Made by a program: the position numbers and the translations under genes. The notes below the pieces were generated by a model that searched no databases, was not told where the DNA came from, and worked only from the letters and a program-made list of their open reading frames with translations. Below are positions 34,352 through 43,502 of a DNA stretch of 56,669 nucleotides, piece by piece (the stretch's first letter is position 1; every line of letters begins with the position of its first letter). The DNA is from an uncultured Desulfatiglans sp. (GTDB lineage Bacteria > Desulfobacterota > DSM-4660 > Desulfatiglandales > HGW-15): positions 1-56,669 of the forward strand of contig CAZSZQ010000004.1 in the NCBI GenBank assembly GCA_964610475.1, in the 5' to 3' direction.

Positions 34352-34837
34352 ATGGAGGTACTTTGGGCCCCATGGCGCATGGAATATATATTATCTGACA
34401 ACAAGAAGCCTGATTGCATATTCTGCACGGATGATAAAAGAGGAGATGATGAAGAGCGCCTGATATTATATGTGGGTAAAAAAAGTATGGTCATGATGAA
34501 TAAATACCCATATGTAAACGGTCACCTGCTTGTTGCTCCTGTAAGGCACTCTCACGGCCTTGATATGCTTCATGATGAAGAAAGGCTTGATCTCATAAAT
34601 ATGGTCGAGAGCTCTATAGAAATCCTGAAAAAGGAATTCAAACCGGAAGGGTTCAATGTCGGCCTCAACCTTGGAAAGGTGGCAGGTGCCGGCGTAGAAG
34701 AACATATGCACTTTCATATTGTGCCGCGCTGGCATGGTGACTCTAACTTTATGACAGTTCTTGCTGATGTAAGAATAATCCCTGAACATATAAGAGAAAC
34801 ATATATGAAGTTAAGGCCTTATTTTAAGAAAATATAA
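34352..34837 (+). CDS. HIT-family nucleotide hydrolase/transferase
   Basis: 161-aa ORF with histidine triad HMHFHIVPR. GGAGG Shine-Dalgarno upstream. Confidence 0.85.
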   Translation: MEVLWAPWRMEYILSDNKKPDCIFCTDDKRGDDEERLILYVGKKSMVMMNKYPYVNGHLLVAPVRHSHGLDMLHDEERLDLINMVESSIEILKKEFKPEGFNVGLNLGKVAGAGVEEHMHFHIVPRWHGDSNFMTVLADVRIIPEHIRETYMKLRPYFKKI

Positions 34838-34869
34838 TATAATTTTATCTGGAGGGAGGAGGATAGGGT

Positions 34870-35232
34870 ATGAAACATATCAAATTTCTGATTTATGTCT
34901 TTATCATTTTTGTGGTGGTGATGCTCCTTGTACAGAATCATCAAGCCTTTAATACGAGTGTTGTTTTCCATGTAAACCTTTGGTTTGGCAAATACGAGTC
35001 TTCCGGGATAACGGTTTACCTGATATCAGCAATAGCATTTACGCTTGGCCTTATCATCTCATGGCTTTACAATCTGCTTGACAGATTTCAATTGAAAAGA
35101 GAAATAGTCAGGCTAAGAAACGAAATAAAAAATAAAGATAAAGAATTAAATACATTGAGGAATTTACCCATTACCTCGGAGAGTGTCACTCCAGGTGTGA
35201 GTGTAAATGATAATGATATAGATTTGACATGA
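34870..35232 (+). CDS. lapA: Lipopolysaccharide assembly protein A (LapA/YciS-like, DUF1049)
   Basis: 120-aa ORF with two TM helices and a coiled-coil tail, immediately upstream of lapB. Confidence 0.7.
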   Translation: MKHIKFLIYVFIIFVVVMLLVQNHQAFNTSVVFHVNLWFGKYESSGITVYLISAIAFTLGLIISWLYNLLDRFQLKREIVRLRNEIKNKDKELNTLRNLPITSESVTPGVSVNDNDIDLT

Positions 35233-35245
35233 ATGGGGAATAGAA

Positions 35246-36523
35246 ATGGCTGTACAAGCCTGGCAGTACTTTGCTGATCCCGGCAATCAAAGATTCCTGT
35301 TATATCTTGTTTTAGCGCTCATAACTGGTTTTTTAACAGGAAGATTTCTTAAAAAAGGTAAAAGCGGCAAACGGGAACTGTTTTTTAACAAGGGAGATAA
35401 CGCCTTTTTCAAAGGTATAAAATACCTCCTCTCTGATGACCCTGATCACGCAATAGAAGAGTTCACAAAATCTGTTCAGATCAATTCAGATACCATCGAA
35501 ACATATGCGGCACTGGGGAACCTCTACAGGTCAAAGGGGGCTATAGACAGGGCAATACATATCCGCAGAAGCATCATCCTGAGGCCCAATATTGATGAAG
35601 AAACAAAGGTCAGCGCCCTTTTTGATCTTGGTCTTGACTATAAAAAGGGCGGTTTCCTTGACCGTGCACTTGATACATTCCTTAATGTCCTGAAAAAAAG
35701 TCCATCAGACGTCCCTGCGATGGAAGAGCTGGAAAAGATATATGAGGAGATGAAGGAATGGGAAAACGCATTTTCTATCCGCGAGAAGATAACCAAGATT
35801 ACAAAAAAGGATTTCAGCAATATACTCGCCCATCACAAGACGGAGGCCGGTAAGGTCTTAGTTGAACATGGTGATATTTCAAAGGCAAAATCATCCTTTA
35901 AAAAAGCGATATCCATCAACAGGTACTGTATCGATGCCTATCTTCATCTCGGGGACCTTTATCTCTCTACCGGTGATATCAAAGAGGCCATGTCTACATG
36001 GAAAAGGATCGTAACCATTGCCCCGCAATTTACATATCTCGCATATATAAGACTTGAAGAGGTATATAATAAATTAAATGATGTAAAGCAGATAGAAAAT
36101 TTTCTTAAAGGTTGCGCAGAATATAATTCCGATGCATTTACCCATCTCGCACTTGCCAGGCATATGTACAAGGAAAAAAAATATGACGAGGCCATTTACG
36201 AACTTAAAAACGCACTTGAACTTTACCCGGGATTCTGGGAGGCCAGGCGTCTTATTGGTGAAATACTCATCGAGACAGATAGAACAAGGGATGTCATTGA
36301 TGCATACAGTGATCTGCTGACACACCTCAATATACCTTATCTTGAGTTTCAGTGTTTTAACTGCGGTTTTCACCCAATTAATCTTGCATGGCAATGCCCC
36401 CAGTGTAAAAAATGGGACACTATTTCACTTATTGATTCCGGCCTTAAGAATACCACGAATATTTCAAGACCTGCTCTGTTTCTAAAGGAAACCCTTAATA
36501 ATAATCATGGGAAAGAATCATGA
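35246..36523 (+). CDS. lapB: Lipopolysaccharide assembly protein B (TPR plus rubredoxin-like zinc finger)
   Basis: 425-aa ORF. N-terminal TM helix, multiple TPRs, and a C-terminal CFNCGF...CPQCKKW motif. Confidence 0.85.
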   Translation: MAVQAWQYFADPGNQRFLLYLVLALITGFLTGRFLKKGKSGKRELFFNKGDNAFFKGIKYLLSDDPDHAIEEFTKSVQINSDTIETYAALGNLYRSKGAIDRAIHIRRSIILRPNIDEETKVSALFDLGLDYKKGGFLDRALDTFLNVLKKSPSDVPAMEELEKIYEEMKEWENAFSIREKITKITKKDFSNILAHHKTEAGKVLVEHGDISKAKSSFKKAISINRYCIDAYLHLGDLYLSTGDIKEAMSTWKRIVTIAPQFTYLAYIRLEEVYNKLNDVKQIENFLKGCAEYNSDAFTHLALARHMYKEKKYDEAIYELKNALELYPGFWEARRLIGEILIETDRTRDVIDAYSDLLTHLNIPYLEFQCFNCGFHPINLAWQCPQCKKWDTISLIDSGLKNTTNISRPALFLKETLNNNHGKES

Positions 36524-39129
36524 ATGAAATGACGCCCATGCTCAGGCAATTCCTTGAAACAAAGAGTCTTTATCCCGATTGTATCCTTTTTTTCAGGATG
36601 GGAGATTTTTATGAGATGTTTTTTGAAGATGCGGAAAAGGCATCAAAGATACTCGGTATTACCCTTACATCAAGAGGTTCATTTAATGGCAGCAAGGTAC
36701 CCATGTGCGGAGTACCCCACCATTCATCAAGAGCATATGTTGCCAAGCTCATAGAAAGCGGATACAAGGTTGCTGTATGTGAGCAGATCGAAGACCCTAA
36801 AAAAAGTAAAGGCATTGTCAAGAGAGATGTCGTAAGGATAATAACACCCGGTTCTGTATTGACCGAACTTGATGTAGAGGGCGGCCGAAACCTCTATATG
36901 GCGGCTGTTTCATCTGGTGAGGGTGTATATGGTTTAGCCCATGTTGATCTATCCACCGGCGATTTCCGGGTAACAGAAGTCAGTGAATGGCGTGAGTTAT
37001 TTGATGAACTGGGAAGGATAGATCCTGCAGAACTGCTCATATATGATACCGATCATCTTAAAGAAAACAACGATCTTGCGAGATACAGGATAGAGGTATT
37101 AAAAGAACCGGATTATGACAGGAGCGGATCAGAACAGATACTCAAAGATCAGCTTGGTGTAAAATCCCTCGCCGGTTTCGGCTGTGAAGGTATGATAGAG
37201 GGGATAACTGCAGCCGGGGCTATTGCACAGTATCTCAGGGAAACCCAGAAAGGTAATCCGGATCACATCAAAGAGATCACGACCTATCATCTGGGAGACT
37301 ACATGTTTCTGGATGAATCCACCACCCTGAGTCTTGAGCTTTTTGAAACCATGCGCAGACGGTCATCAAAGGGTTCTCTCTTCAAAGTCCTTGATAAGAC
37401 AGTCACTCCCATGGGAAGCAGGCTGTTAAAAAGATGGATAGGCTACCCGCTTGTTGATCTTACTCATATAAAGAAAAGGCTTGCTGCTGTGTCAAATTTC
37501 CGGAATGACAGGATATTCAGAGAATATGTGAGAGAAAACCTTAAAGGCATATATGACCTTGAAAGGCTCAACGGTAAGGTTTCACTCGGGCGGGCAAATG
37601 CCCGTGATCTTATTGCGTTAAAGGCCTCTGTCCTAAAATTACCTGAAATAAAAAGCAGGCTTACAGGATCAGCAAGTGATATGCTTTCAGATATTGCCGA
37701 AAACCTTGATACACTCCAGGATGTAGCTCAAATAATTGAAGCCGCCATAATTGATGAACCGCCTGTATCACTCATAGAAGGAGGCCTTATCAGGGAAGGT
37801 TATAATCAAGAACTCGATGAGCTCATATCCATTACAAGACATGGGAAAAAATGGATTAACGAGCTTGCCAGAAAAGAGCAGGAACGGACAGGCATCCCGA
37901 AGCTAAAAATAGGCTTTAACAAGGTCTTTGGTTATTTCATAGAGATAACAAAGTCCAATCTTCACCTTGTGCCTCCCGATTATATCAGGAAGCAGACCCT
38001 TGTAAACTGTGAGAGATACATCACAGAATCACTAAAGGAATATGAAAGCAAGGTTCTGGGGGCTGAAGAAAAACGTTTTGATCTTGAGTTAGCTATTTTT
38101 GAAACAATAAGGGCGAGAATAGCCTTTGAGAATCACCGTATAAAGGAAACTGCATCGAGGATCGGTGAGATAGATGTGCTGGCCGGTCTGGCAGATGTTT
38201 CCGAATTAAACAACTATGTAAGCCCAGAGGTAAATGAAGAGGGTGTTATTAACATAACAGACGGCAGACACCCGGTTATTGAGCAGACTGTCAGGGAAGA
38301 GGATTTTGTCCCTAATGATATTTATCTTAATGACTCGGATCAGCAGATCATGATCATCACAGGTCCCAATATGGCAGGTAAATCTACAATACTAAGGCAG
38401 ACAGCCCTTACTGTGCTCATGGCCCAGATGGGATGTTTTGTCCCGGCATCAAAGGCGGTCATAGGTATTGTAGACCGGATATTTACCAGAATAGGGGCGT
38501 CAGATGATCTTACAAGAGGCCAGAGCACATTCATGGTGGAGATGGATGAAACGGCAAACATACTGCGTCATGCAACGCCAAAGAGTCTTGTTATACTGGA
38601 CGAAATAGGAAGAGGTACAAGCACCTATGATGGACTGAGTATAGCATGGGCGGTTGCCGAGGCTCTTCATGACCTGGATAACAGGGGCGTAAGGACGATT
38701 TTTGCAACACATTACCATGAACTCACAGAACTTCTTTCAACCAAATCGAGGGTTAAAAATTTTAACATTGCGGTAAGGGAATGGAAGGATAAAATAATAT
38801 TTTTAAGAAAGATGGTGCCAGGGAGTACAAGCAGGAGCTACGGTATACAGGTGGCAAGAATAGCCGGCATCCCGGATAAAGTCATTGAAAGGGCAAAGGA
38901 AATACTTAATAATCTTGAAAAGGAAAACCTTGACGATTTCGGGAGACCGCAGATAGCCAGATCAAATATTAAAACGGTCCGGAATGAAAGCGTCCAGTTA
39001 AGCCTTTTTGGGAATAATGAAGGCAGGGTTATAAAATGGATAAAGAAACTGGATATCTCAGGGATAACACCTCTTGAGGCTTTGATAGAACTGGATAAAA
39101 TTAAAAGATATGTGGATAATTTGACATGA
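36520..39129 (+). CDS. mutS: DNA mismatch repair protein MutS
   Basis: 869-aa ORF. TPMLRQFLETK, FFRMGDFYEMF, Walker A GPNMAGKST, DEIGRGTSTYDG and TIFATHYHEL. Confidence 0.95.
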   Translation: MNEMTPMLRQFLETKSLYPDCILFFRMGDFYEMFFEDAEKASKILGITLTSRGSFNGSKVPMCGVPHHSSRAYVAKLIESGYKVAVCEQIEDPKKSKGIVKRDVVRIITPGSVLTELDVEGGRNLYMAAVSSGEGVYGLAHVDLSTGDFRVTEVSEWRELFDELGRIDPAELLIYDTDHLKENNDLARYRIEVLKEPDYDRSGSEQILKDQLGVKSLAGFGCEGMIEGITAAGAIAQYLRETQKGNPDHIKEITTYHLGDYMFLDESTTLSLELFETMRRRSSKGSLFKVLDKTVTPMGSRLLKRWIGYPLVDLTHIKKRLAAVSNFRNDRIFREYVRENLKGIYDLERLNGKVSLGRANARDLIALKASVLKLPEIKSRLTGSASDMLSDIAENLDTLQDVAQIIEAAIIDEPPVSLIEGGLIREGYNQELDELISITRHGKKWINELARKEQERTGIPKLKIGFNKVFGYFIEITKSNLHLVPPDYIRKQTLVNCERYITESLKEYESKVLGAEEKRFDLELAIFETIRARIAFENHRIKETASRIGEIDVLAGLADVSELNNYVSPEVNEEGVINITDGRHPVIEQTVREEDFVPNDIYLNDSDQQIMIITGPNMAGKSTILRQTALTVLMAQMGCFVPASKAVIGIVDRIFTRIGASDDLTRGQSTFMVEMDETANILRHATPKSLVILDEIGRGTSTYDGLSIAWAVAEALHDLDNRGVRTIFATHYHELTELLSTKSRVKNFNIAVREWKDKIIFLRKMVPGSTSRSYGIQVARIAGIPDKVIERAKEILNNLEKENLDDFGRPQIARSNIKTVRNESVQLSLFGNNEGRVIKWIKKLDISGITPLEALIELDKIKRYVDNLT

Positions 39130-40865
39130 TGCCTATTGTAAAAAAAAGAAAAGTCATTCTTACAATATTGTTTCCTCTGTTGTTATTTCTTGTTTTTTCC
39201 GGAAGGTTTCAAGTATGTAATGCCACTCCCTCTCCTGAGAAGTTATTGAAGATCGCTGATAATTGCAGGGAATCACTTTACCGGTCATCATCACGTATGA
39301 GTTACAGGCATAACTGGACAGACTGTATTAAGTCTTATGAGAGGATATATAGTGATTTTCCTAAAACTGATCAGGCTGCCTGGGCAATGTTACATGCGGC
39401 AGGAATGTATCTTGGCTTGTACAAGATTACAAACCTGGAAAAAGATATCGATGAATCCCTGGTATTATATGAAAGGATCACACAGGAATATCCGGATCAC
39501 AGGCTTGCTGATGATGCACAATATAAAAAAGGTGAGATATACTATACCCTTAAAAAGGATGCGGCCCAGGCCTATGTAGAGTTTCTTAAAGCAGATATCA
39601 GGTTCCCTAACGGAGACATGCAGCCCAAGGCAAAAAAGATGCTGGAAAAGCTCTCTGCTATTATGGGGAAAAGACTTGAGCAGGGCGATAACGATATTAC
39701 CTCCGAAGGGAAGACAGACAGAGGACTTTCCTCGGTCACAAATATACGCCACTGGTCAACACCCAGCTATACAAGGGTGGTGATTGATCTGGATAAACCG
39801 GTTGATTACAAAGATCATCTCCTTAAAAAAGATACCGGCCTTGATAAGCCCAGGAGACTCTATCTGGATATTAAAAATTCTATCGTTGGAAAGGATATAG
39901 AGACCACCATACCAATTAAGGACGGCCTGTTAAAAACAGCCAGGGCAGGCCAGTATAGCCCTGATACTGTAAGGGTTGTTCTGGACATAGAAAGTATAAG
40001 CGGCTACAAGACATTCAGGCTCCATGATCCTTTCAGGATAGTAGTGGATGTTCAGGGAAATAATAGAGCTGCATCAGGAGGAGAAAAGAAGTCACAGAAA
40101 AGGCACGCCGGAAAGGGGGTATTAAAACCTGAAAAATTTGATGAAACGGTATCTCTTGCCAGGCAATTGGGTTTGACAGTTAAAAAAATTGTTATTGACC
40201 CAGGGCATGGAGGCAAAGACCCGGGCTGTCTTTTTAATGGAGGGATAAGAGAAAAGGAGATAGTTTTGGATCTTGCCAAAAAATTGAAGGTAAAGATAGA
40301 AAAAAGACTGGGATGCGAGGTATTTCTTACAAGAACTACAGATATTTTTATGCCGCTTGATGAACGAACAGCCTTTGCCAATATCAAAAAAGCCGATCTT
40401 TTTATTTCTCTTCATGTGAACGCCCATAAACAGGGTGATGTATCTGGCATAGAAACATATTTTTTAAATATGGCAACCGATAAACAGGCTGTATTGGTAG
40501 CGGCAAGAGAAAATGCAACATCGGAAAAAAATATAAGTGATCTCCAGTCTATACTTAATGACCTTATGCTTAATACAAAAATTACCGAATCCAGCAGACT
40601 GGCATACAAGGTCCAAAGTGGTATGATGGATGATATAAAAAAAGCATATAAGGGACACAAAAATCTTGGTGTCAAACAGGCGCCATTCTATGTGCTTATC
40701 GGTGCAGAGATGCCTGCAATATTAATTGAAACAGGTTTCATTTCGAATATAACTGAGAGAAAAAGGCTATTAAATGATAGTTATAAAGAAGTGCTGGCTG
40801 AAGGCATTGCAGGAGGCATTGAATCATACATAAAGAGCATAGACCAGGTTAATATAGGAGGCTAG
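39126..40865 (+). CDS. amiC: N-acetylmuramoyl-L-alanine amidase with an N-terminal CpoB/YbgF-like TPR domain and an AMIN domain
   Basis: 579-aa ORF. Signal peptide, TPR-like region (YERIYSDFPKTDQAAWA...YERITQEYPDHRLADDAQY), AMIN block (IRHWSTPSYTRVVIDLDKPV), and Amidase_3 (VIDPGHGGKDPG, ISLHVNA). Confidence 0.85.
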   Translation: MMPIVKKRKVILTILFPLLLFLVFSGRFQVCNATPSPEKLLKIADNCRESLYRSSSRMSYRHNWTDCIKSYERIYSDFPKTDQAAWAMLHAAGMYLGLYKITNLEKDIDESLVLYERITQEYPDHRLADDAQYKKGEIYYTLKKDAAQAYVEFLKADIRFPNGDMQPKAKKMLEKLSAIMGKRLEQGDNDITSEGKTDRGLSSVTNIRHWSTPSYTRVVIDLDKPVDYKDHLLKKDTGLDKPRRLYLDIKNSIVGKDIETTIPIKDGLLKTARAGQYSPDTVRVVLDIESISGYKTFRLHDPFRIVVDVQGNNRAASGGEKKSQKRHAGKGVLKPEKFDETVSLARQLGLTVKKIVIDPGHGGKDPGCLFNGGIREKEIVLDLAKKLKVKIEKRLGCEVFLTRTTDIFMPLDERTAFANIKKADLFISLHVNAHKQGDVSGIETYFLNMATDKQAVLVAARENATSEKNISDLQSILNDLMLNTKITESSRLAYKVQSGMMDDIKKAYKGHKNLGVKQAPFYVLIGAEMPAILIETGFISNITERKRLLNDSYKEVLAEGIAGGIESYIKSIDQVNIGG

Positions 40866-40871
40866 ATTACC

Positions 40872-41261
40872 TCACTTTTTAGCCAATGTTTCTGCTACTG
40901 CCGATAGTATATCTTCTCTGTTAAAGGGTTTTAAAAATACCCTGTCAACACCCAGTCCAGTGGCCATACGAAGATACTGTTCAGGAGAGTTTTTACCACC
41001 ACCCGACATAGCAAAAATTTTAACGTCAGGAAACTCACTTTTTAACTCAAGGATTGTTCCGAGACCTTCTTTGTCAGGCATTATAATGTCTGTTATAATC
41101 AGATCTGCCTGTTTCTCCCTGTGAATACGGATAGCCTTGTCGCCGTCTTCCGCTTCTCTAACAGAATATCCCTCTTTTTCCAGCATCCGACGAAGGGCTA
41201 GTCGCATCTGCGCCTCATCATCAACAACTATAATATCTTTTACTTCTTCTGTCATTTTCAT
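40872..41261 (-). CDS. Single-domain response regulator (CheY-like)
   Basis: 129-aa ORF with IIVVDDE, DLIITDIIMPD and LKPF. Confidence 0.85.
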   Translation of the reverse strand: MKMTEEVKDIIVVDDEAQMRLALRRMLEKEGYSVREAEDGDKAIRIHREKQADLIITDIIMPDKEGLGTILELKSEFPDVKIFAMSGGGKNSPEQYLRMATGLGVDRVFLKPFNREDILSAVAETLAKK

Positions 41262-41309
41262 ATTCCTGCATATTCATAAAAAAGACAAATGATGAATTAT
41301 AGGGACAGG

Positions 41310-41594
41310 TCAGTCGCCTAAAGGAATTCTGATTTTTTTTAACTCTTCCTCGGCAAACACCTTTCCGCAGCCAACACATTTTTTCGATGAGATATTTACA
41401 TGACCGCAGGCAGGGCATGGAATTATCTCTTCGTTCTGTACATCGTTTATCTTTTTTTCTTCCTGTACCAGATGAAGTGGAAATTTATGTTTGCATTTTG
41501 GACATGTTACAGTTATTCCCTTTTCAGTAACAGCTTGAATCTTGGAAAGATCCAAACTATAATGGGCCTCACACTCTGGACATTGCAGTTTCAT
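41310..41594 (-). CDS. Double zinc-ribbon protein (MJ0042-type N-terminal finger)
   Basis: 94-aa ORF. MKLQCPECEAHYSLD...TCPKCKHKF, then CPACGH...CVGCGKVF. Confidence 0.65.
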   Translation of the reverse strand: MKLQCPECEAHYSLDLSKIQAVTEKGITVTCPKCKHKFPLHLVQEEKKINDVQNEEIIPCPACGHVNISSKKCVGCGKVFAEEELKKIRIPLGD

Positions 41595-41812
41595 GATAAT
41601 ATTCCCTTATTAATCACATACCTGACAAAATTGATTATCTAATAAATTCTTGAAATTTATAGCATTTATTATACAAAAATACAAGTTAGAAAAATAACCG
41701 GCATAAATATTAACTATATTTGTGCTTTATTGCAATGTTAAAATAATTTTATATCATTATAAAATATAAGATAATAAAAGATAAACATCAGACAATTATT
41801 ACCCATTTTAAT

Positions 41813-43501
41813 TTACTGGTAAGTTACCCTGAATACCTCTTCAATAGTAGTAATGCCATTAAGCACCTTCTGAGCGCCATTCTGCCTCAGAGTAATCATT
41901 CCGTGTTCAACTGCTTTATGTTTAATTGCATTCGAATCGGATGTTTTAAGAATCAGATTCTGAATGGACTCATTAACGATCAACAGTTCAAATATTCCTG
42001 TTCTTCCTGAATATCCCGTATTCAGACAGGCCTGGCAGCCTGTCCCTCTGTAAATTTTCCTGCCCTGAAGCATTTCAGGAGTTATACCAACCTTGGCAAG
42101 GGATTGTTCATCTGGTTGATACTCTTCCTTGCACTCAGGACAGATAACACGAACCAGCCTCTGTGCCAGAATTGCAATAACAGATGAGGTCACAAGAAAT
42201 GGTTCTATCCCCATATCGGTAAGTCTTGTTACTGCGCTTGCAGAGTCATTTGTATGGAGCGTTGAAAAAACAAGGTGGCCTGTAAGGGCTGACTGGATGG
42301 CTATCTCAGCGGTTTCAAGGTCGCGAATTTCTCCAACAAGAATAACATCAGGGTCCTGCCTTACAATAGACCGCAATCCCCGTGCGAATGTCAAATCTAT
42401 TTTAGGGTTAACCTGTATCTGTCCTATGCCATCGAGCTGATATTCTATCGGATCTTCAATCGTAATAATGTTTTTATCGGTATTATTTATTGTGGAGAGC
42501 GCTGCATAAAGAGTGGTTGTCTTTCCACTTCCGGTTGGGCCTGTTACAAGAAATATGCCATGTGCCGCGTTAATGAGATCATTGAATTCACTAAGTCTTT
42601 CAAAAGGCATACCAAGATCGGTTACACTGATAAAAATTTTTGTCTTATCCAGAAGCCTCAAAACTACCCTTTCTCCGAATGCCGTCGGGATGGTTGAAAC
42701 CCTGACATCAATGTTCTTATCACCTATCCTGATTTCGATACGGCCATCCTGCGGGAGTCTTTTTTCAGCTATATTCATATCGGCCATAACCTTGATACGC
42801 GATATAAGTGCAGATTGTATCTGCTTTTGAGGCGAGATCATGTCGTAGAGTATCCCGTCAAGGCGGTACCTGATTTTTAGTCCCTTCTGGGTCGGCTCGA
42901 TATGGATATCACTCGCCTTGTCTTTAACTGCCTGTGAAAGCATGACATTAACGAGTTTAATTATTGGTGCATCACTTGTATCATCAAGAAGGTCTCCGGC
43001 TTCCTGCATCACCGAAATAATTGAATCCCCGTTTTCATCGTGCATGTCCTGGAGCACCTGTTCTGCCGAATCCTGGCTGCTGTCATATATGAAGTTGATT
43101 GATGAGAGTATCTCGGCCTTTGGCGCAAGTATAGGTCTGGCATCCTTTAAATTGAGTTGAAGCTTGAGGTCGTCCAGGGCTTGAAAATCAACAGGATTAT
43201 TTATGGCAATTTTTTTTGAGTCTTTGGTAATGAGAGGTATCATGCAATATTTTTTTAAATATTGTATAGGAACCTTTTGAGTAAATTCAGTATTCAGGCC
43301 CTCTATAGAAATAGAATAGTGATACTCAAGGTTATACTGGATTCCCAATGCCTTTAGAAGATCGGATTCTGATAATACCTTCTGCCTTATAAGTATTTCA
43401 CCTATTAGTCCGCCCTTTTCTTCCTGAACCTTCACACCTTCATTGAGTGCTTCCTCTGAAACCACTTTCAAATCCAGCAATATTTCTCCCAGTGATTTCA
43501 T
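41813..43501 (-). CDS. gspE: Type II secretion ATPase GspE
   Basis: 562-aa ORF. Walker A GPTGSGKTT, Asp box, Walker B ILVGEIRD, His box, and tetracysteine CPECK...CQAC. Confidence 0.9.
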   Translation of the reverse strand: MKSLGEILLDLKVVSEEALNEGVKVQEEKGGLIGEILIRQKVLSESDLLKALGIQYNLEYHYSISIEGLNTEFTQKVPIQYLKKYCMIPLITKDSKKIAINNPVDFQALDDLKLQLNLKDARPILAPKAEILSSINFIYDSSQDSAEQVLQDMHDENGDSIISVMQEAGDLLDDTSDAPIIKLVNVMLSQAVKDKASDIHIEPTQKGLKIRYRLDGILYDMISPQKQIQSALISRIKVMADMNIAEKRLPQDGRIEIRIGDKNIDVRVSTIPTAFGERVVLRLLDKTKIFISVTDLGMPFERLSEFNDLINAAHGIFLVTGPTGSGKTTTLYAALSTINNTDKNIITIEDPIEYQLDGIGQIQVNPKIDLTFARGLRSIVRQDPDVILVGEIRDLETAEIAIQSALTGHLVFSTLHTNDSASAVTRLTDMGIEPFLVTSSVIAILAQRLVRVICPECKEEYQPDEQSLAKVGITPEMLQGRKIYRGTGCQACLNTGYSGRTGIFELLIVNESIQNLILKTSDSNAIKHKAVEHGMITLRQNGAQKVLNGITTIEEVFRVTYQ

Positions 43502-43502
43502 A

